From Octopus sinensis (taxonomy: Eukaryota), in the NCBI RefSeq assembly GCF_006345805.1, contig NW_021834226.1, positions 7,371 to 71,370 of the forward strand: a stretch of DNA of 64,000 nt, read 5' to 3'. Below, piece by piece: positions 1 to 13,849 of this stretch; position 1 is the first letter of the stretch; each line of letters opens with the position of its first letter. The translations under genes and the position numbers were made by a program. A model generated the notes under the pieces. That model ran no database searches. It was given only the letters and a program-made list of their open reading frames with translations, and had not been told where the DNA came from.

Positions 1-172
1 CACGCACACACACGCACACAAATACGCAACACACACATATATGAATTTATATACATGTACACACATATATTTTGATATCAACAAATCGATTAACAAGCCT
101 CTGATAGGGGTCACTGAGTATATATTCCACTACACATTCTTGTTTACAAACGCAATATAATGTGTGTGTGTG

Positions 173-204
<32 letters not shown>

Positions 205-467
205 CACATATGTATACACAGTTGTATATCTTGCCATTATAAATATAATAAAAACTAGAAGCATTGGGAAGTTTAACGCAATCTCTCACCTGACACCTAC
301 ACGTAAACATGCGCACGCCTACGCGTACAGACATATACACTCATATATATATATAAATATGTCTATGTATATATACACACATATAAATATACATACATAT
401 ATGTTTTTATATATGTATGTATGTATCTATCTATATATATACATACACACACACACATATGTGTACG

Positions 468-504
<37 letters not shown>

Positions 505-608
505 ATATATATATATATATAATATATATATATATAGTATTTATGTATATATACATGTGAATATTATCAAGCTCTATTGGGCGCGAAGTCATTGAGTTGT
601 TTACTTAC

Positions 609-653
609 CAAATGAAATTGATGGAAATTCGTTTCTCCATAAGAAACTTAACG
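609..653 (-). CDS. Candidate 45-nt internal exon of an unidentified gene
   Basis: Strong acceptor CCCTTTTTTTTCTTCCAG and donor TTG|GTAAGT; two frames open (VKFLMEKRISINFI or LSFLWRNEFPSISF). No homology recognised. Confidence 0.35.
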
Positions 654-922
654 CTGGAAGAAAAAAAAGGGATTAAATTCTAGATAGGCACATTAGCATT
701 AGAAGTATTAATCGCTTTATATATATATACACACATATATATATATAATCTATATAACATATATAAAATATATGTGTATATATGAATACATATGAAGATA
801 TATATGTATATACATCAGAATATATGAATATGTATGTACATAAATATATGTATATATTCATATATGAGTATAAAATATATAGCATGATATTATGTATATA
901 TATGAATATATATATGCAAATG

Positions 923-1011
<89 letters not shown>

Positions 1012-1490
1012 CATATGTATATATATATGTGTGTTTACACACACATATCCGCTTTATGTATTAAGTGCATTAAGTATAATATATGTGTATTAAGTATATG
1101 TGTATATGTGTATTAAGTATATGTGATTAAGTATGTGTGTATAAGTATATGTGTATAAGATATGTGTATATGTGTATTAAGTAATGTGTATATGTGTATT
1201 AAGTATATATATATATGTGTGTTTACACACACATATCCGCTTTATGTATTAAGTGCATTAAGTGCAAATATCTATCTCATTCGTTAAAACATTCTCAAGT
1301 TCCTTTTTATCCTTTTACGCACATACGTACAAACTGCTATGTATGTATGTATGTATGTATGTATGTATGTATGTATGTATGTATGTATGTATGTATGTGT
1401 GTGTGTATGTATGTATGTATGTATGTATGTATGTGTATATATATACGTAGATATGTCTGTATATATGTTTGTATAATTATATGAAAAACA

Positions 1491-1866
1491 GGCGTGGGTG
1501 TGGCTGTGTGGTAAGTAGCTTGCTTACGAACCACACGGTTTCGGGTTCAGTCCCACTGCGTGGCACCTTGGGAAAGTGTCTTCTGCTATAGCCTAGGGCC
1601 GACCAAATCCTTGTGGATTTGGTTGACAGAAACTGAAAGAAGTCCGTCGTATATATATATATATGTTTGTGTGTCTGTGTTTGTCCCCCCAACATCGCTT
1701 GACAATCGACGCTGGTGTGTTTATGTCCCAGTAACTTAGCGGTTCGGCAAAAAAACCGATAGAATAAGTACTAGGCTTACAAGAATAAGTGGTGGGGTGG
1801 ATTTGCTCGACTACAGACGGTGCTCCAGCATGGCAACAGTAAAATGACTGAAACAAGTAAAAGAGT
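1491..1866 (+). mobile_element. SINE-A (tRNA-derived, central microsatellite, (AAAAGAGT)n tail), full length
   Basis: Head GGCG..GAGTGGCTGTGTGG...GGGTTCAGTCCC (A/B boxes), body CCTTGGGCAAGTGTCTTC, tail AAACAAGTAAAAGAG. About 20 copies in the window. Confidence 0.9.
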
Positions 1867-1892
1867 ATATCAGTATAGATGTACGTATGTAT

Positions 1893-1971
<79 letters not shown>

Positions 1972-2773
1972 CATACATAAATCTATGCATGTGTGTATAA
2001 AAATAAACGTATATAGATAGATAGATAGACACACAAACACACAACACACATATATAATATCATGTATTATATGTATGTGCAGATACGTGTGTGTGTGCGA
2101 ATGTGTGTGTATATTTATATGTCTAGGAAGGTTACATATATATATTATACATATACGTATACACATACACTCACGCATACACACACATACACACAGACAG
2201 ACACACACACACATACATATACCCACGCACATAGAGACCTTGAATAAGGAGGGCATGTCACTGAAGAACTGAAGAGATTGCAAATGCCGATGATAAGGCC
2301 CCGATGCGCCAGCCGCTCGAATCAGTTATCGAACAGTTAGTCAAGTAATAAATTACGTAATTGGTCAGTTAAATGACTAATAAATGTTCCTGCAATATAA
2401 CCACTGCCCCGTGCGCTTTGACTGCATGAAAACCCCAAGATTCTGTACGCGTTTTCACATAATTAAAGAGTTCACTTGCAACTACGAGCTCAGCAGTTCC
2501 CTTCCATTGCGTGCCCTGTTATTGGAATATCATTTTCTGTTCACTAGTGTTCAGCTGCACCTTTATTTTTAATCGTTTATCTTTTCCTTGTTCTTGATTT
2601 TGTACTGTAGCCATAGATTGCAGCCATAGTTGGGGTTCTGTCTTGAAGGGGCCTAGTTGATCAAATCGTTGCTGCACTTATCTTTTATGTTTGGACCTTA
2701 TTCTGTCGGTGTCGTTTCCGCCCCACTAAGAGAACCCATTACATTTGTCAAGAGGTGGAGGGACACGCACGCA

Positions 2774-2824
<51 letters not shown>

Positions 2825-2874
2825 ACACACACACACACACACACCACAAACACACACACACATACAAACACACA

Positions 2875-2917
<43 letters not shown>

Positions 2918-2922
<5 letters not shown>

Positions 2923-5089
2923 CTACAGCGGCGGTGTCATCTACCTCCAAACAAACTACTTTGAGTCAGTTTTATCGCCGGTCTGATCATCCAGTGAGTG
3001 CTACCATTCAACGTGACATTAAAATACCACTTGCAAACTGGATAGCTAATAGCGGTAGACCAATATCGATAGTAGAAGATGATGGGCTTCAGCATGTATT
3101 ACGTACAGCGCTTCAAATTACCAAATATAAACAACCTTACCGGCGCACTATTGAGAAAATGATGGCTGATATTTATAACAGCAAAAAAGGAACGGTTAAA
3201 GAAGCAGTGAAAATTTCCTTAAAGAAGCAGTGAAAGTTGCGTTAACAACTGATTTTTGGACATCCCTAGGTAATGAAAGTTATTGCAGAATCATCGGCCC
3301 TTGGTTTGCTGATGACTGGAATTTAATAAGCGTTATTCTTGAATGTGTACATGCTGAATGTCACTATCCTAACAATGTTGCTGAGTTATACTCTCTTTTA
3401 CTCTTTTACTCTTTTACTTGTTTCAGTCATTTGACTGCGGCCATGCTGGAGCACCGCCTTTAGTCGAGCAAATCGACCCCGGGACTTATTCTTTGTAAGG
3501 CCAGTACTTATTCTATCAGTCTCTTTTGCCGAACCGCTAAGTTACGGGGACGTAAACACACCAGCATCGGTTGTCAAGCAATGCTAGGGGGACAAACACA
3601 CACACACATATATACATATATACGACGGGCTTCTTTCAGTTTCCGTCTACCAAATCCACTCACAAGGCATTGGTCGGCCCGGGGCTATAGCAGAAGACAC
3701 TTGCCCAAGGTGCCACGCAGTGGGACTGAACCCGGAACCATGTGGTTGGTTAGCAAGCTACTTACCACACAGCCACTCCTTTTAAAAGACTGAAATATAA
3801 CAAAGAAGATCCAGGCTCTAGTAACAGACAATGCACGAGATTTGGTTTCAGCTGTTAATCAAACTGGTTTTGCTTATATTCCGTGTTTGGCTCATAGTCT
3901 GTAGTTGAACATATTGCATGGATTTAAAGCCGCTGATACAGAAACATTGTTTGTCAAATGTCGAAAAGTAATCATAGGACATTTTAAACATAGCCTTATC
4001 CACACAACTGAATTGCAGAATTGTAGTGAGTCACCATTTCGTAAGATACAGCAGAATGTTCCAACAAGATGGAACATTACTTTTCTAATACTGAAGAGTC
4101 TACTGCAGGCCAGAGAAGCAATAACCATCTACATGTTAGACGAAGAGAAGCAATATAAAGGTCCAAAACTGTCCGATTCTGATTGGGAAAAGATTTCAAA
4201 ATACATCAACGTTTTAGACTTATTCTGTCAGGCTACGGTCTTGCTTGGCGGTGAAAAATATGTGTCGTGTAGCTGTGTATTGCCACTGTTATTGTCTTTG
4301 GCAAAACACATGACTGTAAATGATGATGATCTAGGTTATATAGCCAGATTCAAGGCGGTATCTGTTAATGACTTCAGCAAACGTGTAGCTGACATGAAAA
4401 GTATTGAAATATTACAGATTGCAACAGCACTTGATCCACGATATAAAAACTTGAAGTGTTTAACAGACGATTCCAAAGAACAACTTGGCTACTTATTGGA
4501 CAACAAATAGAAGTTGATGTTAATGATGATCAGTTGAAGACTAATGCACAAGATGATACTGACAGTGTCAGTAAAACTATATGCGAACCGAATGAAAAGT
4601 GTTTAAGCTGATGGAGTCTGACTCAGACTAAGAAGAGGATGTCGAAAATGCTTCTGATGAAGTAAAGCAATATAAAATGGAGAAAAAAGTTACTGAATCA
4701 GTTGATCCACTACAATGGTGGAAACTTAATGAACATCGATATCCGAAACTGGCATTTTTTGCCAAGACTGTTCTGTGCATACCAGCTACCTCGGTTTCGT
4801 GTGAACAATTATTTAGCTCTGCTGGTTACACTGTTAAGAAGACGCGCTCATCACTTGAACCCAATACTGTTAACATGCTTGTGTGTTTGCGTAACTGGTT
4901 GTCCAACGACATTTGAGTGAGAAAACGCCTATGCTATTTCTTGTTTTTAACTGAATTTTAATTGAAATATAAACTTGTCAATAAATGCAACTGCAGACAT
5001 TATTGTGTTTTAATCGAAATTAACTATTAATTAATCGTTAATTTCTCAAAAGTCAATAATTAAAATTAAATTAATCGTTACCAGCCCTA
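2918..5089 (+). mobile_element. Decayed hAT (ZBED1-like) DNA transposon, 5'-truncated, interrupted by a SINE-A
   Basis: Broken ORFs give WIANSGRPISIVEDDGL, VALTTDFWTS, LVTDNA, PCLAHSL, VPTRWN and the hATC dimerisation motif DPLQWWK...PATSVSCEQLFS. Right TIR TTAATCGTTACCAGCCCTA at 5071-5089 (reverse complement TAGGGCTG...). No left TIR found. Stops and frameshifts present, including a short tandem duplication near 3195-3235. Confidence 0.92.
3390..3780 (-). mobile_element. SINE-A inserted in hAT transposase
   Basis: Reverse complement of the family consensus; splits the transposase ORFs. Confidence 0.9.
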
Positions 5090-6266
5090 ACATATATATA
5101 AAAAAATCAGTGGCGGGCAGAGTCTTCTTGATAATTTTAGTAACTTCTATGCTGAAGTAGAGACAACATGTTTTTGTCTATCTCCTTAACTTCTTGGAGA
5201 TTTTAGGTATAATTATACTAATGTATCCATCGCTTCTAATTTAATTTAAATTCTATGTTTTTGTGCAGCTGAAGATTGCTCTGCATTTTAAATTGATGTA
5301 ATGATTGCATTGTTCAATTAAATGGAGTTGCATGAAACGATCGTACTGCATTACCTCTGGATATCCTTGTTGCTTATTTTGATTTTAACCATCTTACTTT
5401 GAAATTGTATGGATAATACCATTGGATTGGTTTTTTATTATAAATCTGATCGCTCATAGTCGTCATAAAGGAGAAGCTATTCTCCTGTGAGTACAACAGC
5501 GAGATTAACATATTTGTGTTCGAATTTGAAGATAATATATGATTAAGTATGTAAATCATCGTATTTTAATATCTGCTTGAAATTACTTGGGGAGAAAAAT
5601 CTCCATTTATACGCACACACATACATACACACACACAAACAGTCACAAAACCGCAAACACAGACACACAGAGGCACACACAGTCACACACACGCACACAC
5701 GCATACAAAATTGTTACTAAAACATTTTCTAAAATGTGAAGAATTCAGGTACGTATTTATAATATAATGAACTGTTTCAATAGTTTTTGGGTCCTTCTGG
5801 CAATAAGTGCTTCTGCTACTGCTGCCAGGATTGTATTTGGCGATGCTGTGAATGTATAAATTCTTCAATGACATTTGTTGTCAGTGGGTAAGCAATTGCT
5901 ATTGAATGCTTAACTTAATAGAAAGCTCTTCCTATGAATATTCCGAACTGTAAAAATAATATATTACTTATACGTATTCTAAAACACCCAATCGATATTT
6001 CGTTCTCTGTTCAGCGTTATTGCTAATGTAAAGTTAGTGATTGAATTTGTAGCTGTGTACTTTAATATACATCGGTGAGTTCTGTGTCAATAGCGGGAAT
6101 GTTTATTTAATGCCACTTCAATATCGTTCAGTTGTTACAACTCCGTGATGGATCCTCCGTCGTTTATGACGATGATGAATATTGGGGTTGTCCGACCAAA
6201 TCAACTGAACTACCAGACACGTTAACCCTTTAGGTTTTAAACCGGTAATAGCTCTTACAAATGAAA

Positions 6267-6480
6267 GGCAGTAGACTGGCTGAATCGGTAGCACGCCGGA
6301 TAATATACCTAATGACCTTTCGTCCATCTTTAGATTCTGAGTTCAAATTCCGTCGAGGTCGACTATGTCTTTTATCCTTTCGGCTTCAATAAAATAAGCA
6401 TCAGTTGAGCACTGAGATCGACCTTAGTGCTCAACTGAAGGAGGGAGGGGTAAGTCGACTTACCCCTCCCTCCGAAATAT
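6267..6480 (+). mobile_element. SINE-B with fold-back rearranged tail
   Basis: Degenerate consensus followed by two adjacent palindromes at 6401-6473. Confidence 0.8.
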
Positions 6481-6921
6481 TCTACCTATTGCATGCTCAA
6501 GCTGCCCAAATGCTGGTCTCTGACTCCTTTATTACAATGTAATTCTAAGAGTAAGCAATCGTACCATCGATGTCTTGAAGCTATGAGATAACGCGCAATC
6601 ATCAAAGTTCCCGAGCTGGGGGTTCAATGGTTGCAAGTGTCCTTCATCAAATTTTAGAAAACTATTTCAATACTTACCTGAAAAACCTCATCGCCCAAAC
6701 GAACGAGCGTAGAAATATATTTGGACCTATTTGAAACATTAATTTTCTATTATTGGCGTTATCTGATTTGATTGTTGTACAAATGTTCTTTTCTCCTCTA
6801 GGTACAAGACTACCAGTGTTCAATTGGTATTAATTTTATCGATCCCCTAAGAGGTTAAAGGCAAAGTCCTCCTCGGCGGTATTTAACCTCAGAACGTAAA
6901 GAGCCAGAAGAAATGTTGCTA

Positions 6922-7312
6922 GGCGTAGGAGTGGCTGTGTGGCAAGTAGCTTGCTTACGAACCACATGGTTCCGGGTTCAGACCCACTGCATGGCACTTT
7001 GGGCAAGTGTCTTCTGCTATAGCCTCGGGCCGACCGAAGTCTTGTGAGTGGATTTGGTAGACGTAAACTGAAAGAAGCCCGTAGAATATATGTATATATA
7101 TATGTATGTGTGTGTCTGTGTTTGTCCCCCCCCCAACATCGCTTGACAACCGATGCTGGTGTGTTTACGTCCCCGTAACTTAGCGGTTCGGCAAGAGAGA
7201 CCGATAGAATAAGTATTAGGATTACAAAGAATAAGTGCTGGGGTTGATTCGTTCGACTAAAGGCGGTGCTCCAGCATGGCCATAGTCAAATGACTGAAAC
7301 AAGTAAAAGAGA
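6922..7312 (+). mobile_element. SINE-A inserted in a minus-strand SINE-B (6800-7350)
   Basis: Full consensus; SINE-B halves flank it. Confidence 0.9.
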
Positions 7313-7544
7313 AGGTATTTTGTCCGGCGTGCTAACAGTTCTGCCAGCTAGTCATCTTTTTATTTTTAGTAGTAATGCAACCTAACAAGACAACATTGTT
7401 CAATATGACCTTTTTACAAAAATGGCTGTAGCTTTGGAGGAAGCTTAGCTATTTCTTCTAGCATGTTGACTGTCTAACGTTTTACTTCCACCTTAACTGT
7501 GTTTGCCGTTTCCCCGATTGAAACATTTGGTTTGAATATACATA

Positions 7545-7760
7545 TTTCTTTACTACCCACAAGGGGCTAAACACAGAGGGGACAAACAAGGACAGACAAA
7601 TGGATTAAGTCAATAATATCGACCCCAGTGCGTAACTGGTACTTATTTAATCGACCCCGAAAGGATGAAGGCAAAGTCGACCTCGGCGGAATTTGAACCC
7701 AGAACGTAACAACAGACAAAATACCGCTAAGCATTTCGTCCGGCGTACCAGCTCGCCGCC
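7545..7760 (-). mobile_element. SINE-B monomer with target-site duplication
   Basis: Flanked by TTGGTTTGAATATACA / TTGGTTTAAATATACA. Confidence 0.88.
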
Positions 7761-8049
7761 TTTGGTTTAAATATACAACATTCGACAAAACATTTACGTC
7801 TTCGAATTTCCATCCGTTACAAGTTAATGCCTTTAGTACATAGTAAAACCCAACCAATATTTAAACAAACTGCACCTAAAGACGATGTTTCTAAAATATT
7901 TCATCATTGTAAGCTATTGGCTAATTGGCCGTTCATTTTGTCTTGCCAGGCATCGAATTATTTTTCGTTAGTGAAGTAAATTTAAATTGTTTGGAAAGAA
8001 GTATTTTTCATTTAATCTCGATGCATTTATTTAATTTAAAATTCTCTTC

Positions 8050-8600
8050 ACCTGTACTTATTTAATCGACCTCGAAAGAATGAAAGGCAAATCGACCCTG
8101 GCGATATTCGACCCCATAACTTAAAAAGGGACGAAATACCTATTTCTTTATTACCCACAAGGGGCTAAACACAGAGGGGACAAACAAGGACAGACATAGG
8201 TATTAAGTCGATTACATCGACCCCAGTGCGTAACTGGTACTTAATTTATCGACCCCGAAAGGATGAAAGGCAAAGTCGACCTCGGCGGAATTTGAACTCA
8301 GAACGTAACGACAGACGAAATACCTATTTCTTTATTACCCACAAGGGGCTAAACACAGAGGGGACAAACAAGGACAGACATAGGTATTAAGTTGATTACA
8401 TCGACCCCAGTGCGTAACTGGTACTTATTTAATCGACCCCGAAAGGATGAAAGGCAAAGTCGACCTCGGCGGAATTTGAACTCACAACGTAACGCAGACG
8501 AAATACCGCGAAGCATTTCGTCCGGCGCGCTAACGTTTCTACCAGCACGCCACCTTAAAGGGACGAAATACCGCTTGGCATTTTGTCCGGCGTGCTAAGG
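8050..8600 (-). mobile_element. SINE-B dimer (8141-8556) inserted in an older SINE-B
   Basis: 16-bp direct repeat AAAGGGACGAAATACC at 8125-8140 and 8557-8572. The SINE-B core GTCGACTTTGCCTTTCATCCTTTCGGGGTCGATAAA resembles the Meta-SINE domain (recognition). Confidence 0.88.
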
Positions 8601-8938
8601 ATTTTTTCAGTTTGACGCTTTATAAAGTCCTTAATATTCGTATGTAGTAATTAATTCGATCTGGCTGAATTTCTTCAGTATCTAAGCATTAATTAATTAT
8701 ATTATATTATCAAATTTTGGAAGGGAAGAGAGTGAGAAAGAAAGAGAGAGAGAGAGAGAGAGAAAGAGAGATAGAATGAGAGAGAGTGAGGCAGACAAAG
8801 AAAATAGAGATGGAGAGAGAAAGAGGGAGAGAAAGAAAGTGAATAGAAAAATATTTAGGCAAAGAAAAAGGAAGGAAAGATATATGTTGAGAGCATTTAC
8901 TTAGAGCACATTTTTTATTTCTTCATAACTCATTAGAC

Positions 8939-8969
<31 letters not shown>

Positions 8970-9059
8970 GAGATGTGGAGAGAGTGAGAAAGAGCGAAGT
9001 AACTTCAATTTATTCATATGTTAGTCTGAGTGCAGGCATTAAATATTGGTTTCAAATTT

Positions 9060-9270
9060 CGGCACAAGGCCAGCAATTTCGGTAAAAGAGGCGGGGGGAA
9101 GTCAATTAGATTAACCCCAGTGCGTAACTGGTACTTATTTTATCGACCCCGAAAGGGTTAAAGGCAAAGTGGACTTCGGCGGAATTTGAACCCAGGACGT
9201 AACGGCGGAGAAAATGCCGCTAAGGATTTTTGCCCGGCGTGCTAACGATTCTGCCAGCCAGCTTCTCGCC
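9060..9270 (-). mobile_element. SINE-B monomer (second tail type); further copies at 11440-11560 (-), 23820-23985 (+), 25678-25945 (+), 40920-41110 (-), 44650-44865 (-), 44880-45090 (-), 60625-60835 (+)
   Basis: Shared head and core; tail CCCCCAAATTT...GGCCTTGTGCC, usually running into (ATT)n. Confidence 0.82.
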
Positions 9271-10299
9271 TTGTGGGCATTAAATATTAGTACTCAATGT
9301 AAAAGTCTGAAACGCGACTTGTACGAGTAATATTCTATAAATTCAATTATGTACATTAACCCTGAAATTCTAACTTGTCAGTCTTCTATTCTTTGCATTT
9401 TTCTTATGGAAATATAACACCTCACACTCTTTACAACAACACTTTGCTATTATTTTCGAAATAAGTTAAAATTTCCTCAACATCCACTCAACACCTCCGA
9501 AAGAACAAAAAACAAAAGAAAGCAAACAGAACAACAACAACAACAACACCATACACCTGAATGGAATCAGAACCATAGCTTCAAAGTGTTATTATTGATT
9601 CCCAACGATGTCTTTTCACTCTGCGATAAAATAACTAGACGTTGGTATCTTTTCAAATATCGCCTCCATTTAAAGCTGACGAAGAATTTGACGCGTAATC
9701 CTCAAGTTAGATTCCTGAAAAGAGATATTGTCTTTATCGAGCGCTCCGGCTATTGTCGTATTTCACACAAGGTAATAATATCTAATACAGAGCACAGTGG
9801 ATTCCATTATCGTGCTACCAATGAAGCTAACATATTAAAATGAAAGCTTCTATAAAGTAGACATATAGTCATTCAATGACAAGTAATATATCATTATAAA
9901 GCCTTTTTTTCTCCTGTTTTTTTTTTTTTATAATTCTTTTTTTTCCCCTTCAGATATTCATTTCACACATTTACGTTTATAACCACAGGCAGCGTTAGCA
10001 GCGCCGTTAATAGAAATGGTAGTAGTTGTAGTACCACCTGCCTGCACAGTCGTCCAGTCGCGGCAACCGTCATCACAGCGCTGTCATCACAGTCCAGTAA
10101 CTAACAAAGCCAATACCATTATCACTAAGTCGAGGGATTCTCTGTGTCTCCACTCCTCTTCCTCCTTCTCCTCATCGTCTTTCTCCCCCTCCTCTTCCTC
10201 CTCCTCATCGTCGTCGTCTTCCTCCTCCTTACTCCGACCACCTGATAACCAATAAAACTAATGCCATTACCACTACGACAAGGTTCTCTCTAATATCAC

Positions 10300-10346
<47 letters not shown>

Positions 10347-10699
10347 ACATCCTACTCCTCCTCATCATCATCATCGTAGTCATTATTCTCCACCCCATCA
10401 TCATCATCATCATCATCATATGGCTACCGCCGCAGCGACCAACTAATAACAAAAAAAACAACAAAACAGTAATTACCAATCATCATTATCACCATTGTTT
10501 GCATTTCTTGATGCAATTGTTTAACATTTTAAACTAATTAACTAATCGATTATTTGATTAATCAGACAATCTATTAGTTAATTGGTTAAATGGCCAACCA
10601 CTTGAACAACGACAACAACGACAACAACGACAACAACAACAACAACAACACAACAACAACAACAACAAAACAACAACAACAAACAACAACAACAACAAC

Positions 10700-10734
<35 letters not shown>

Positions 10735-10756
10735 TGATAATAATGATGATGATGAT

Positions 10757-11315
10757 AAGTACCCTAATGCAGTACCAGACAGTGGCTCACATGGCTTCTG
10801 ATCTTAACTGATTGGAAGTGTTATCATGTACGTTGTTTTGTCTTGGTATAAAAGATGGGCTACAGCAAATATTCTGTTCAATACCACAGATTTGCTTGTC
10901 AGTTGTTTGACCTTAATCAGGTGATCATGTCTCTTAGTGGCTGACGATATGTGCATCTCTGATCACGAACATAAGTAGTGGGGGAGTATCATAGCCATGT
11001 GTTGAGAGGGATTCTTTGGGGTTTGAATAATTCACCTCTGGAAACATGGGTGGTTCTTTCAACATCCTTAAACAATCCTTAGTCAAGGACCTTTTGAGCG
11101 GGATGGGCTACTCGACAAGAAGAAAATTCTAACTGTGCCCCACCTGCAAGGTCATGAGCTGTTTATCTTGATGTGAGATCACCATGTTGCGCGCATATGG
11201 TTGTGATGCATGTGCCTGGTGTACCCTTATCAGACGGGTAGTCATGATGGGTATACTGGGCTTCGTATATTTTACCCTAGTGTCACATTGATGGCATGCA
11301 CTGTTGTCTCACTCA
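10757..11315. mobile_element. Unclassified interspersed-repeat-like block inside (AAT/GAT)n
   Basis: GC-richer non-coding block sharply bounded by trinucleotide microsatellites; no second copy in the window. Confidence 0.35.
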
Positions 11316-11381
11316 ATAATAATGATGATGATGATGATAATAATAATAATAATAATAATAACGATAATAACAATAATAATA

Positions 11382-11440
<59 letters not shown>

Positions 11441-11572
11441 CCTTTCTACTGTAGGCACAAGGTCTGAAATTTGGGGACAAGGGATTGAGTCGATTACATC
11501 GACCCCAGTGTGTAATTTAATCGACTCGAAATGCTGAAAGGCAAAGTCGAGCTCGGCGCCTTAATGATAATG

Positions 11573-11641
<69 letters not shown>

Positions 11642-12837
11642 CCTGAAATAGAAGCAATGAGCGAAGACCCTCTTGAGATACAACAAAATATGTTTTAATA
11701 CACGAATTTACACGAAGAATCTTGCAACCAAAATACCAAAACGTGATATTTGAGCAATATTTTATTAAATGACTTTAGAGTAAATTCTATAAACAGAACG
11801 AATTTTCAGAGCAAGCATTCAAACATGTGGAATAGAATCACAGATACAGCTAATACTAAACCTTTAACATGTTCTTTGAATTGGCGATTTCTTTGAATGT
11901 CGAACGAAGTGAGGAGGAAAAAAACCACAGAATCTACGCAACATAGAGGTTTTATCATTAATCCTTCCAATTATTGCAGATCTTTGTAATTAACCGACTT
12001 CAAAGACTTTTCACAAAGTTAATGATTTCCACACGCATCATATTCACTGCTGGCTCTATACCATAATTACACTGTATTTTAAATCGAACAGTAAATTAGA
12101 GGATATTTCTCCAATGGAGACTGATATATTTGAAAATATAGGTTGTCAAAAATATTATGATACGCTGCTCAAGCTCAACAGATTTCTGTTGATTTGCAGG
12201 GAGAAGGTTAAATAAAATATGTATATATATAATTTAGTAATGATATATAGTATTAAGCGAACTGAGGAGTTATACAGTTCATGAAGTGCTTTTATGGGTA
12301 ATCACTTTGTTGAGAGCATTCTAGCCTGATCTCCGGTCAGAGGTTAATTTCTTCTCTCATCACTCACAAAGGCTCTAAACTGAAAAGAGTCATAATTAAT
12401 GGCGGCTACCCTTCCTCTTCCGGTGAAGCAAATGAAAATCATTACAATCCTCATTATTAAATGTATTGATCAGCAACATCTTTGTTTAGCATCTATTCTT
12501 TTCTTTTTTCTTCTCTAGTTTCAGCTCAGAGCTGTGGCCATGCTGATGCACCGCCGTTTTGTTATACTGTTATTACTAAGAGCCTCCTCTAATATGTGGC
12601 ACTTGGTGAAGCATGGAGTTTGATATAGCTACCCTCATTTGCACTCTTGCCGTGAGGTAGGTTCATCTGGGACTCTCGATAGGAAGCGGTACAGCTTTGA
12701 TTTAAAAACCCCTACATCTACTTTGTGCAAGTTTCTCAGACTCTATGTGTAAAATGGGTACTGTATTGATGTTGGGATTATCGGAGTAAGTCGAGGAGTA
12801 ATGTATAATTAAGAGAAATGATTTACCCGCTATATTG

Positions 12838-12904
<67 letters not shown>

Positions 12905-13384
12905 CTCTGTATCCTAGTGTCTCCAAACGTAAACGAAGTATTCGTGATCTACCACCACCAACATGAGAGTTAATGACACTAAATGTATTATGCTTACAGA
13001 GGAGTCGATGACGCTTGTATAATTTTAGACAAAAGCATTGTAGACAGAAACTATTTTTGATTTTCAGACTCACACAATTTTATAAGTATCATTATTTTTC
13101 AAAAATGAACCAATGAATCTGTGCTTTATGATGAGCCAAGGAATGTAATTAAAGAAATACTTCCATGACTGCGATAATCTACCAAACAAAGAACCATTTT
13201 TATCAGAGATGTTTGCGTTTGTCCATTAAGAATATCAAAATGATAATTTCATGATTTCCGTACCACGGTGTTCCGTAATTACTATAATCTATCAAAGAGG
13301 AACGTAAAAGGTACAGTACAGTTTGATGACTGCTATTGATTACCAAATAAGAATCGCATTAAGAATCACAAATAAGAATCACAG

Positions 13385-13546
13385 GCGCAGGAGTGGCTGT
13401 GTGGTAAGTAGCTTGCTTGCCAACCACATGGCTACGGGTTCAGTCCCACTGCATGGCACCTTGGGCAAGTGTCTTCTACTATAGCCTCGGGCAGACCAAA
13501 GCCTTGTGAGTAGATTTGGTAGACGGAAACTGAAAGAATCCCGTCG

Positions 13547-13601
<55 letters not shown>

Positions 13602-13765
13602 TGTGTATGTTTGTATGTCTATGATTGTCCCCAACGTCGCTTGACAACCGATGCTGGTGTGTTTACGTCCCCGTAACTTAGCGGCTCGACAAAAGCGAAT
13701 GATAGAATAAGTACTAGGCTTACAAAGAATAAGTCCTAGGGTCAAATGACTGAAACACTTAAAAG
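13385..13765 (+). mobile_element. SINE-A with 3' internal deletion
   Basis: Family consensus; the GGGGTCGATTTG...CCGCA segment is missing. Confidence 0.88.
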
Positions 13766-13849
13766 AATTATGATGATTCCAACATTCCTATTTCTTACCC
13801 AAGAATAATCACAAAGTTATTGTTCCAACGTTAATATCGATTCCAAACG

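Noticed and set aside
6670-6680. ATACTTACCTG, the U1 snRNA 5' end
   Set aside because: The match stops after 11 nt with no U1 body; it is the reverse complement of a consensus splice donor.
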